NCBI GenBank assembly: GCA_000708835.1
Contig: DF237630.1
Location: 1-43,922, forward strand
Direction of reading: 5' to 3'
DNA length: 43,922 nt
Source of the DNA: Klebsormidium nitens
Lineage: Eukaryota; Plantae; Klebsormidiophyceae
The translations under genes were made by a program, and so were the position numbers. The first letter of the stretch is position 1. Each line of letters starts with the position of its first letter. Shown one piece after another: positions 33,743 to 43,922 of the stretch. The notes below the pieces were generated by a model, which saw nothing but the letters and a program-made list of their open reading frames with translations, was not told the origin of the DNA and did no database searches.

Positions 33743-36700
33743 ATGGCCTCAGAGAGCGGAGCCACAGCAGTTGTCCTGGACCCCAAAAGTGATATGCAAA
33801 GTTCAGTCCCCAAGCTCGGTGCCAATTCTTCACTCTCCGAAGAAGGGCTGGAGCTTAATGATGGAACTGGAGAAGGGGAAGAGTCTGTTCAGCCAAATGT
33901 AGATCAGGGAGTTGCGGTGCCGGCAGGCCCAGCGAGGCCCGCCGATGATGAGATCTTGTTGCAGGAGAATAGCATCAAGGCCGAAGAAGCAGGGAAGATG
34001 GAGTTCATAGGAGACAAGGTGACTCCATGCTGCTCAATTGGGACGCAGTGATCAATGCTGTCATACAATCTGCGAACCTGCCAGGCTTCTCCTCTTTTGA
34101 ATTTGCAGATTGCAGCTCTGCTCTCTTGTCTGTATTGAGATCAAAGTTGCGGCACAAATGCGGCGCAAGAGACACGGTGGCTGTTGGATCTGTAATGCTG
34201 AAACTAGCGCGCCACCATTGATTTGAACGTTATTGCCCCGCCAGGAGCCCCTATCAGCGTTAGCTGCTGAGTACGAGCGGGGGAATGAAGTTTTCAAAGC
34301 AAAGATTCAGGTGAGCACAAAGTGTTTGCCCCCATACGAATTGTGAGATTTTTCGTTTGTCACACCTATGGTGTCAAATCATGCCTCTTCTTGTGAGTTG
34401 AGAGGTTGCTTTCTTTTCATCAAAGAGAACCATACTCCACGGCAATTGCTCTTGCTTTGTAGTTGGACAAGACTGGCCAGGTTGCTTCTGGCAACTCTGC
34501 ACTCATTCGTCAGGGAATTTTTGTTTGCTAACCTGTTGAACAACTGCGGACATATGCAGAAACTGGGAGAAACATATGGTTCTATCCGAAGAACGAGGGG
34601 CGATGGGAACTGTTTCTTCCGGGGGTTTATGTTTGCATACCTGGTAAGGGGCCACAACTACCTTCTTTCCTTTTGACTGGATCCTGGATTTCAAGACCCC
34701 CACAGATCGATGGGTGCACCATCTGTGTTGACCATGTTCCCACGACATTGCATGCTTAGAAGTATGCCTATTATGCCCCTGAGGTCATGTGATGCATGAA
34801 GAGTTCCAACTGCAGGTTACTTTGCGGTGAGGAATCCACCGGGTGCTGCCTGACGCCACGTTACACTCCGCACCGCTTAGATCCTCTTTTTCCTGAAATT
34901 CTTCTCGTGTCAGGGATGTCTCAATGTAAGGGTACATTATAAAATATGTCCCTGATGAAAGGGATATGTTCATCTGAGGCAGTATCGTTCGCATTAATTT
35001 TCTGTGCTGAAACACCAAGATTCATTGATGTGTAGGAACGGCTCCTCCACTCCCAGGACAAGACGGAGCTACCTCGCATGCGCGACCGCATCGAAAGATG
35101 CAAGCAAGAGTTGATTGCGATCGGATACACACCGTTTACCTTTGAAGACTTTCTGGAGGTAAGCTCCATCGCCTGCCGCTTCCTGCCTGAAGCGGCCGAA
35201 AGTCTCTGTTGTACAGCAGGATACAACGATCAAGTAGACATTCGTTATTTCAGATTAGCATATACCAACCGATACAAGGTCACTGGTCGAAGTTAATCGT
35301 ATATCGACTCTATAAAGGAGAGGCTGGTTGAAAGATTCGAGCGTTTCGTCTGCCTCCAAGTAGCATTAAACTGTGGGGACAGATCTGACGCAGACAACAT
35401 TTTTTACCGTTGAAGGCCTCTCTCATTGCAATATCACTGATTGTAGATTTGCATGTCTGAAAGTCTGCTGTTGATTATGGTGTTGCATTCATTTCTTGTC
35501 CACCGAGTGGCTTGATTGGCTGACCGAGAAATCGCTTCAGCTGTTGTCGACGTCGTTTGTCTAGATCCGACCTCGAGATGCAGCTTATGCTCAAGTTGTT
35601 TATCTCTCGCTCCTTCCGCCTGCGAACCCTTTTTCCTAGCTGAAAAGGCGCACCTTTACACCGTTGTCGCTTTCCTTCTGCCCGCAAACACGTTTTGGAC
35701 GAGTAGCGAGATGGAAAGTCTGGGGTGGCCAAATCGGTCTTGAAACGTGGCACTTTGCTCGCAGATCTTCATGGACCAATTAGAGAGCGTCTTGCCGGAA
35801 GAGGGCCAGCCTATCTCTCTGTCGGAACTGGAGGTGCGGTGCCGAGATCCAAACGTGTCGAACTGGGGTGAGCCTTCTGCCGTGCATTGAGCATCCAGAA
35901 TATGACGTCACAACGAGACTCGATGACGTGGCATGCGAGCGAAGCATACTGTCGGCCATGCCGTCATAAAACGTTGTTTGGCAAATTCCTGCGCGATGAA
36001 ACCAATGCCTGATAGGCGGTTCCCTGTGTATTCTCTCGACCTCGGATGTCAAGATGGATCTCGTAAACACAAACTTGGGCCTGAGTAAGTCAAACAATAG
36101 GGCCACAAATCGCAGAACATTGAGCGAATGTAAACAACAGGTGACAGATATATCATGAGCCGTCCTCGTGCTCGTCCGCCTCTTTGCAACGCTTGCGCGT
36201 TGCGGGATGCCGAAGCCCCATTTCTTGGGATAGACTTTCAATAGCGTCCTGTGTGAGGTCGTCGACTGCCGGGAGTAACTGTTGGTCCGCTTGGTCTGGC
36301 AGACGAGCAGAATTCTGACGATCGGTCCATGAAGTTGTCTTTCTTAGGGGCCAGAGCGCTGGAATCTCGGATCTTTTGCAATCGCCGTCTGCCATTGCCC
36401 TTATTATAGCTCGCACTCGTGCAGCGGTGATGTTCTTCCGGTTTGTAACGTCAGCGGAGGTGCAGCGACGAGCAGAGTTTTTCGAGCCCTTCATCCTTGG
36501 TTTGACGAACCTAGACGTCAAAAAGGTGAGCTTGGGGTATACCCTCTGACTGAAAGTTGAGTGTTGCCCAGCTGTATCAAATAGTTTCCCGACAGTCTTG
36601 AGCGATATGTCCCAATGCTTCATCGGTAAGATGGGCGGCGACGAGATTGTTTGCTCTCGCATCTAATATCCTTTTCTAGGCATCTGTCGTTCTTTCGCGT

Positions 36701-37180
36701 AGCAACGAAGATTGCAAAACTCCCGTTCGGAATCTCACGTCAGCAATCGCATCTTTTGACGTTTCCCACACCTGAGACTCTATGACTTTTGCTAGTATGG
36801 ACCCCGTTTCAAAGATTCTGCAGGCACGCAAGATAAGGGCGAACTCTTGCGAAACCGTCAATAACGGTGTAGCGACCCCTTGCTGTACCGTCCCAACCAG
36901 AATCTGACGGTCGCTTTGTTTGCAGTTTTGCCAAACGTCAGTCGAACCGATGGGAGAGGAGAGCGACCATGTCCACATCACCGCACTCACAGACGCGCTC
37001 GGCATTCCCGTACGAATAGTCTATCTAGACAGAAGCGGGGGGGCTTCGGATGATGCACTGGAAATCAACCATCACGACTTTGTCCCAGAGTCTGCTCCCG
37101 AATCCTTCAAGCCCGATACATCTGGTCTGCTAACGCTCTTGTATAGACCTGGCCACTACGATATTCTTTACAGTCTGTAA
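33743..37180 (+). CDS. OTU1: Otubain-type deubiquitinase (peptidase C65, OTUB1/OTU1-like, ~335 aa, 7 exons)
   Basis: join 33743-34018, 34245-34310, 34560-34643, 35036-35158, 35765-35867, 36425-36525, 36926-37180, 1008 nt in frame. IRRTRGDGNCFFR (catalytic Asp/Cys), VEPMGEESDHVHITAL, LLYRPGHYDILY (catalytic His). Confidence 0.95.
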
Positions 37181-38869
37181 ATATGAACAGCCTGAGTTAC
37201 TGCCGCGTCGAAGTTGCTTCGCATTCTGCGCTGTCACCAGTCTCGTGTGATTATTGCTCGCCTGAAGACCTATTTGTGGTCACCAGCGAGCGTCAATGTT
37301 CCTGGTCGCAAATTTGCTGGGTACTCACGAACATGCGGCATCCATTTTTTGGATCATGCTTGATCTATAGGGCCCGGGCCGGGGGCCTAATAAGCTTCCA
37401 GGCACACGCGCTTTTACGTGGTGGAGCCTCTAGCACAGCTCTATATTGGAGGTCCTCCTGCAAGTGGTCACCATAGGGGTATTCCGCAGTCTTCAACCTA
37501 CATTACTTGCTCTCGATGCGCAGAACCGTCGCGGATGAATGTGGCCGGTCACAATCCGACTTGCATGACGCCGACGTCTGCATTTGCATGCGCAGCGACT
37601 CGACTTAGCTCTAAGTGGAAATTGATCCTACATGCGGCGCATGGCGTGACGCAATAAGCTCGTATATGAAGGTGCTGATTGCAGGCGCGCTAGCTGCAGT
37701 GCGTGGACTTAGTTTGGGTTTCATTAATTAGCCAACTCCTGAGACTGAGACATGCAATGAGTCAGGCCGCGCGCAGCGATGTCGAGCATGTTGGTGTTGG
37801 ATGCACTCGCTGTGCGTCCTAACTTAAGCGTGCACTTATGCTGCAGTCAGAATTACAACAGTGACTTCTATATTGCCTTGATTCGCTGTTCTTGAAGTGG
37901 TGTCGAGCAGCTTGTATAAGTTTCGAACTCAACTTGGTAGGTTGAGAAGTATGCAGCGCAAGCTGCTACAAAAGAAACAAGTGCGGCTCAAAGTCTGGGC
38001 ATGCAGTGCAGGAACCGTCGCCTAGCTTCACTTCAGCATGACTCCTGATAAGATACTAGCGTCAATTCTAGGCTTGGTGCGGTCTTACGCATGCGCATGA
38101 CGCACAGCCATGCATTGGCTCTGATTCGAAATGCTGGCATTATAAAGTTCGATCCTAATTGTGATGTGTGCCACGTCAGAGTATACGGATCATGCACTTA
38201 CGGATCATGCACACGATCCGTATGCATGATACACGGACCATGGGTTGTCAAAAAGGACGAATTGGAATAATCAGAGCCCCAGCAGTAGAGGATCGGCAAT
38301 ACTCAGAACAGCTGGTGATAAGTGGGTTACCAATTGCGCCTATACGATTACAAGCGCGATCATGCAGCTGAAGTTTAAGGGAGTTCGACAAGTGCCAGGC
38401 GTGTTAAGTGCTATGCAGACCATTTGCCGACATAACACTTGGCAAAAAGGTATGAACGGAAGTTCTCTTTGGCCGAAGTCGGCCACTTGCGTACTGGAGC
38501 CATCAACCGCTTCCTGAAAGCCGAAGTTAATCTAGCCCGCGTCAAAATCATCCGTATTCTGAAAAAGGCCCACCCATGCCGCGTCTGAGAGAATGACCAA
38601 ACTTCATCGACGTTCGAAGAAACAGAATAGATCCGTCCCAAGTAATTCCTTCAGGGGAATCGACTCTGTGCTACGCGCTAATTCGTCCAGAGTACGGTAA
38701 CTGCAAGCATACTATCGCCCCCGGATGATCAGGGCAAAGCTTCTGCGCTTACTTCACACACTACGGCTTCGAAGAACTCGACAAGTTGAAGGGGCTCACT
38801 CCAAATCACCTCCTTCTCAGCCCGCTACAGTAGCCTTTTCTAGAATCACATATGGACCTCCCAAGTATC

Positions 38870-39851
38870 TTAGCATCTTTCCAGGTCTATGACTTCATTT
38901 GCTTTTGCGGTATACCCGTTCGCCTCCATCATGATTGCTCCGAGGTCGCTTTCCGGGTATAGCATTTTGGCGAGAATCGCTGCGCCTGCCAGCAGTCCTG
39001 GACGGTGATCGTAGTTGCTCCCGGGGGTATTCGGCTGCGCGACCGCGGCCGCGGCCGCGGGTGCCGCCTCCTGCGGACGTCCACTGCTCCGTGTGCCGAC
39101 ACCTGGCCTCTCGGCCGCCGGCGCCGCCTCTGGGCGTCCACGCTTCCGCGTGCCGACACGTGGCCCGTCGGCCTCCGGTGCCGCTTCCGGACGGCCGTTG
39201 CTTCTGAGTCCGCTTGCACCGCCGGGGGCTCCGTCCGGCGCGCCCCGCGCGGCTGGGGCGGAATCGCGCCTTGCAGCGGTCCCAGACTCATTTCTGGCGG
39301 GAGTCTGTGATCATCAGAAAAGCTCCGAGCGTTAGGACCAATCTGGTTGCGAGGTTCTCAGCTTCGAGAAAAAAGGGATCACGAGGTGCTGGAAGAAGGG
39401 CGAATAACCATCATCTGCGGTAGGACTTCTAAACATCTGCATCCAGTCTCATAAGTATGAGTCCACTGTCAATCTCTCTTGGCTGCGTTTTTAGACCGGA
39501 AGCCTGACAAAGCAGTCGCTTGCGCCTCTCATCCCTCCTGACAGAAGAGAACGTTTTCCAGACAGACCTTTCAAAGTTCCAAAGTCAAAACTCCTATATA
39601 TCAATAAATGACTAGCGTCTCCGAATCAACGCCCGGTAAGATCAACCACTCCGTTCGCTCACCTTGTCTTTCCGGCTGTTGTGCCCACCGGTGTGCCCGG
39701 CGAGCCCCTGCGACGTACTGAACCACCGGGTGCAGTGTAAGCAGTGGTACACCTTCTCTGCTCCAGGGGCATTGCCGGACCCGGGGGCCTGTACCGAGGA
39801 GTCGAAAGTCGATCGTCGGTCCGTTCTCATTGCAGGAATACAGTAACTTGG
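38870..39851 (-). CDS. C2H2 zinc-finger protein, last two exons (5' end uncertain)
   Basis: Exon about 39851-39663 encodes YHCLHCTRWFSTSQGLAGHTGGH (C-x2-C-x12-H-x3-H) and ends at a phase-0 donor AAG|GTGAGC. Acceptor TCACAG| at 39304 opens a 435-nt in-frame terminal exon (TPARNESG...RKRGRP...EVIDLERC*) with TAA at 38872-38870. This exon is missing from the ORF track because it has no early ATG. Confidence 0.62.
39060..39195 (-). repeat. Coding tandem repeat with 57/60-bp units
   Basis: Units start at 39060, 39120 and 39177. Both periods are multiples of 3 and give GRPEAAPEADGPRVGTRKR / GRPEAAPAAERPGVGTRSS / GRPQEAAP on the minus strand. Confidence 0.75.
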
Positions 39852-40571
39852 CTGGGGCGTAGGGAATTGGTTCATTTCAAGGTAACGACGAAAATTGTGA
39901 TTCTGGATAAGTCGAATGGACATGTCTTGAGGTTACCCGAGCTCCGGAGGTGCCTGAAAATAAGCTTCCCTGTGAGTTCTTTCTACGAGGAGTCGGTCTT
40001 ACTTCCTTAGCGCTCTCGAAAAGACCTCTTCTCAGCTCTTACTTCCTTGTCGCTCTCCAAAGACCTTCTTCTTATTGAACTCAAGCTCAAGAGAGGTTCG
40101 CTTTTCCCTTCTCATGAAATGTGCTTCTCTGAGGATCAATTCTTTGGGCGTCCATCTCCCTTGCTTGGATCACACTCAGCTCTGCCGTCAAAGTCCTGCG
40201 TCTGAATTTCACAGACATGCACCTGCGCTGATTGCGTCGGTGAAGTCTTGGATCTGACCCTTTATCAAGAAGAACGACTAAACAATTTGGCAAGATCCGG
40301 ACTCGGCGGCAGCTTGAGTTTTGAAGACGTGGGAGCGCAATCGAAAATGTTGTAGGACCACCATTTCCTTTCCCCGCAGCGTAGCTCTTCGTTAAAATCG
40401 GTTCCTTACACAGGTGGAAAGATGTTTTCCACTGTGCGAAGGCTGCCAAGTATCGCGCCCTGACTTTCTCCCGATTTCGCTTGGCTTCCGTTCTCGACAA
40501 TTCTCAAGGCTTGAACAAGTACGCAGCTAGAGGAGGGCACCTTTTTAGCTCTTCGTAAGACGGATGTTTAC

Positions 40572-42170
40572 CGCTCGGTTGGTCTTCTCCGGGGCCTTTC
40601 TCCCATCCATCGCTGTCTCGATGATGGCCCTCCAGTTGTCCGGGGGAGCGAACCCGCCGCGCCGTCTCGCCTCGTCGACATCCTGCAACAGGTACAGATC
40701 CAGAGTTGGGTCCGCTGTGGAATGCTTTGCGTCCACTAGCTTTCGGCACAACTCCATCAGATGATTGGGCCTCTAGAGAAACAAATTCGGGGCAGTATCA
40801 TTGTCAAAATTGACCTGACTGTTCGATGCCTGAAGGTCTCAGCGATGAGTGACCTGCGAGCGCGTAAGCGTGAGAGTGGTCAGACAAGCACAAATGACGC
40901 TGCCCTTTCTGTCCACAAGACTTTTCTTGTCTCTTGCCCCTGTGAAACCCCGTGCAGTCGCTGCTTAGAACAAAGGTTACGCAAGAAGATTCCACATCAG
41001 ATTACTCTTCCGAGCATCTTGGACGTCGGAGATCACTCTCCTGACGAATCAACAAACTGCAAAGCAAGAATCTGTTGGCAAGCCGCCCTTACTAGCATTC
41101 TGAGGGTTAAACGTGATACAGTCTGATAGAAGGTGGAAGCACTTACTGACACCGGTAAGCAGAGGGGAATGTTTGCGGAGTCGTGGATGTGCTCAGCTTC
41201 CATCAGCATCAGCCGTTTCGCCAGGCTGGGACACGTTCGCAGCTTCTGCCTGCAAGGAGTCAGAGATTATGAAGTAAGTATTGTGAGAGATGATTACAAC
41301 GTGAGAGATCCAAACTCACCCAGAAGGATGCGAAGGTCCGCGCAGCCTCGATGAAGTAGCCAGAGGATCTCCAAAGAGTTAAAACCGGCCCTTAGGAGCA
41401 GACAGCCCTTATAAGGTCGGTGTAAAGTTTTTTCGTGCAGAATCTGGCGCAAAGACAGTATTAAAACGCGTGCATGACTACGTAAGATTTTGAGATCGAA
41501 GTTTTGGCAACCGTGCCCAGTGCTGGAAGCCGCAACGAACAGAAGTCGGGGTGTCGAGGCGCAACAAGAAGAAGCCCAAAACACAATTATTCCGCTTCAA
41601 ATGTGCCTCTATTCAGAAGGAAATCAAAGGAAGGAGTTTTTGATTGCAACAAACGATTTGTATGCACGCACGTAATTGAAAGTGTACATAGAACCATGTT
41701 CTTTCTGCATGCACAGGATCTCTGCAGGAAATAGATTTACTTAATGTCGTGCTTTTCAAGAGACGGCCTTGAAGCAGAAGGCAGAAGCTTGACCATGCAT
41801 CTCACCCCAGCTTTTGTCCCGCCCTCTCGAACGCGGCCCAGAACTCCCCATGCATACCCTCCTTCATCTTCTCACTGATCACAATGACATGGGACGTCGA
41901 GTCATAAGCAAAGCCCTCAAACACCCCTCCCTCCGCCGCCCACCAGCGCCGCGCGGCCGCGTTCGCGACCGCCAGGAAGGGCCCTGTTTCCGCTGACCCT
42001 TCCGTGGCTTCCTTCCAGACCTTGAACCAGCGGAAGGGGCCCCTCTGGCGGAACCGCTTCTTGAGCGGGAAGCTGGCGTCATCCCGGAAGTGCTTGGTCT
42101 TGACGACGGCTTGGAAGTTGTCGAGGTCCGCCAGAGACGCAAAGTTCAGCGGTCCATCGGTCCCCATCAT
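40572..42170 (-). CDS. Hypothetical protein exons, possibly the 5' part of the C2H2 gene
   Basis: GC3-rich exon 42170-41806 (MMGTDGPLNFASLADLDNFQ...FAYDSTSHVIVISEKMKEGMHGEFW) ends at GG|GTGAGA. Candidate downstream exons 41249-41147 and 40772-40572 keep frame. The internal structure is ambiguous. Confidence 0.45.
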
Positions 42171-42782
42171 CGGCGTTCGACGCCACAAGTGGTGACAGGG
42201 AAGCGTGGAAGAAGCGCTACAAATCCTTGCGCTTATCCTAGCGTGTGCTCTTGTACTTGAATCGTGGCGGTATAAACCTGTGATAATCTAGACGCTGTAA
42301 GAAATCAGGCATGACGTCCAAGCGGCCGGACATAGCATGATACAGAAAGGCTGTAGGCTTCCGTCAATCTTACTGAGCCTGCGATGCAACGACCAGACTT
42401 AAGTCATGTCCCTTCGTCAGACCTTATTCAAGAAAACAAATTCACGGACTAGGTTGTATTGCCGGAACGTTGCCACATGCATGCAGGGAGTTCTTAGTTC
42501 CTTAGGATCACTTCAACAAAGTTTCAGATGTACACTCTCGAGAAGACAATCGTTTCATCAGACATGCGCGAAGATATCAAGCAGACTCGGTTACTGGTTG
42601 GACGTCAGAATCCACAGGCAATATAATACCCGCGAGCTGGGCGGGCCCCCGCTGGCATACGCGGCGCTGAGCCGGCGGCCGCGCGCGCCGGTTTGGAGCA
42701 TAGGAACCGCCGCCCGCGGCCCGGACATTCCAAGTTCTGAGGTTTCAAGGGTTTAATAAAGATCGTTAAAGATTGACCAGCA

Positions 42783-42986
42783 TTAGGGTTAGGGCCTAGG
42801 GTTCAAGCCATTACCCTTTGGCGAAAGTCTCCTCGCGCTTGGCCGCGCCCCTGCTGTGGGGCATGGCGAGCGAGTGTATGTTATGTATGAGCGTATGTCA
42901 TGAGCGTATGAGCGTAACCGTGAGTTCGTGAGCGTAAGCCGCGGTTGTGAGCGTGGGAAGTGGTCGCCGAGATGCTGACGTCAGCA
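42783..42986. promoter_or_regulatory. Motif cluster upstream of the minus-strand hypothetical gene: telo-box-like TTAGGGTTAGGG, five TGAGCGT copies and the palindrome TGCTGACGTCAGCA
   Basis: TTAGGGTTAGGGCCTAGGGTT at about 42783-42803; TGAGCGT at 42888, 42901, 42909, 42929 and 42948; 14-bp palindrome at 42973-42986. Function is inferred. Confidence 0.4.
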
Positions 42987-43377
42987 AAAGGCAAATGAAT
43001 TTGGACGAAGCGTCGGGTGAGTATGGCTGATTGCATTTACTGCCTAAGGAATTTAGGGCTTTGTGGTCAGTGGTCAGTTTGTGTTCTGTTTCCGGAAGTT
43101 CAGGACAGCGACAACCGGGACGGCCCAACCGAGTGATCAGTACGGTGTACAGTGTACCGGTACATTCGCCGTACGGTACGGCACCGGCCGGCACCGGCCG
43201 GCACCGGGCCGGGGGCTTGGGATTGATAATAATTGAAGAGCTATGGACCGGCCAACTTGAAGTCACTTGGAGTGCCCGAGCTCTGAGAAGAATGGCCCGC
43301 GGTGTCCAGTCCGAAGCCCGAGGTCAGCCGGAGGTCTGGCTGCGCATTGGCCGGCGCGGTTATATTGACCAAAACGA

Positions 43378-43473
43378 CAAAGCATCGCAGCCAGGATGCG
43401 ATGCTTTGCTGATATGGTACCCGACAAGAATGCCCTGATGTTGTAAATTTGTCGGGTCTCAGCAAAGCATCGC
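43378..43473. repeat. Nested or alternative inverted repeats
   Basis: 43378-43389 pairs with 43397-43408 (12 bp); 43398-43412 with 43459-43473 (15 bp); 43419-43427 with 43449-43457 (9 bp). All are perfect. Confidence 0.85.
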
Positions 43474-43590
43474 TTCCGTGAAGCGACGCTTCGTGGACCT
43501 TGGCCCACAAAACCTCAGTTGCATGAAAATAACCTAGCCATGTTAGGTACTTTGATACATTCTGAATTTAATGGTACTTGCTACCCGGAC

Positions 43591-43618
43591 GGAGTCCGGA
43601 GTCCGGACTCCGGACTCC
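43591..43618. repeat. Perfect 28-bp palindrome
   Basis: GGAGTCCGGAGTCCGGACTCCGGACTCC is its own reverse complement. Confidence 0.9.
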
Positions 43619-43922
43619 AAATTAGGTTTATACTATATAGGCTATTCCGTATAGGTACCTACATTTACAGCTACCGAATATATACACATGTTTAAAGAGC
43701 CCGCTTCGACTGCTTCGAATTTTGTTTCGAAGCTGGTGGTACCTACCGTATATCGATAAAATGATATCTTGTCGATGAGGTTAGGTATAAGCATGTTAAA
43801 ATTACCTATGTAATATAACCACACGGTGAAGCATTTTCGGAGCAAGCTGCCCGGTTGCGATCGATAGATTGTATTGAACTAGAAAAGCCACCGGATCACC
43901 GAGACCACTAACTCCCAAAATA

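Noticed and set aside
38929-39335. Arg-rich minus-strand ORF 38929-39291 and plus-strand ORFs 39005-39310 and 39015-39335
   Set aside because: Alternative frames of the GC-rich repeat exon; they are not in phase with the zinc-finger exon splice junction.
1-43922. rRNA, tRNA, snRNA, CRISPR arrays, transposase or reverse-transcriptase ORFs
   Set aside because: I saw no recognisable signature by eye; a tRNAscan-SE/Infernal run would be needed to exclude divergent ones.

Overview
This is intron-rich eukaryotic nuclear DNA (GT-AG introns, GC-rich exons) from the green lineage. The plant-type gene set, intron-containing AMT1 and compact spacing suggest a streptophyte alga such as Klebsormidium; that is an inference, not confirmed. 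By manually splicing exons in frame I reconstructed: AMT1 (-), a plastid-type DnaJ with an unusual ~200-aa basic tail (-), an uncharacterised transit-peptide/acylphosphatase-like/acidic/AT-hook protein (+), an intronless fucosyltransferase-superfamily-like gene (-), a plastid RseP/M50 protease (-), IMPL1 (+), an otubain deubiquitinase (+), and an uncertain minus-strand locus with a C2H2 finger at 38.9-42.2 kb. I found no rRNA, tRNA or CRISPR. The best leads are a strand-specific 23-bp miRNA-like hairpin upstream of AMT1, a catalytically dead acylphosphatase-fold/AT-hook protein head-to-head with the tailed DnaJ, decayed duplicated exon-end/donor copies inside introns, and a telomere-like dispersed inverted-repeat element.
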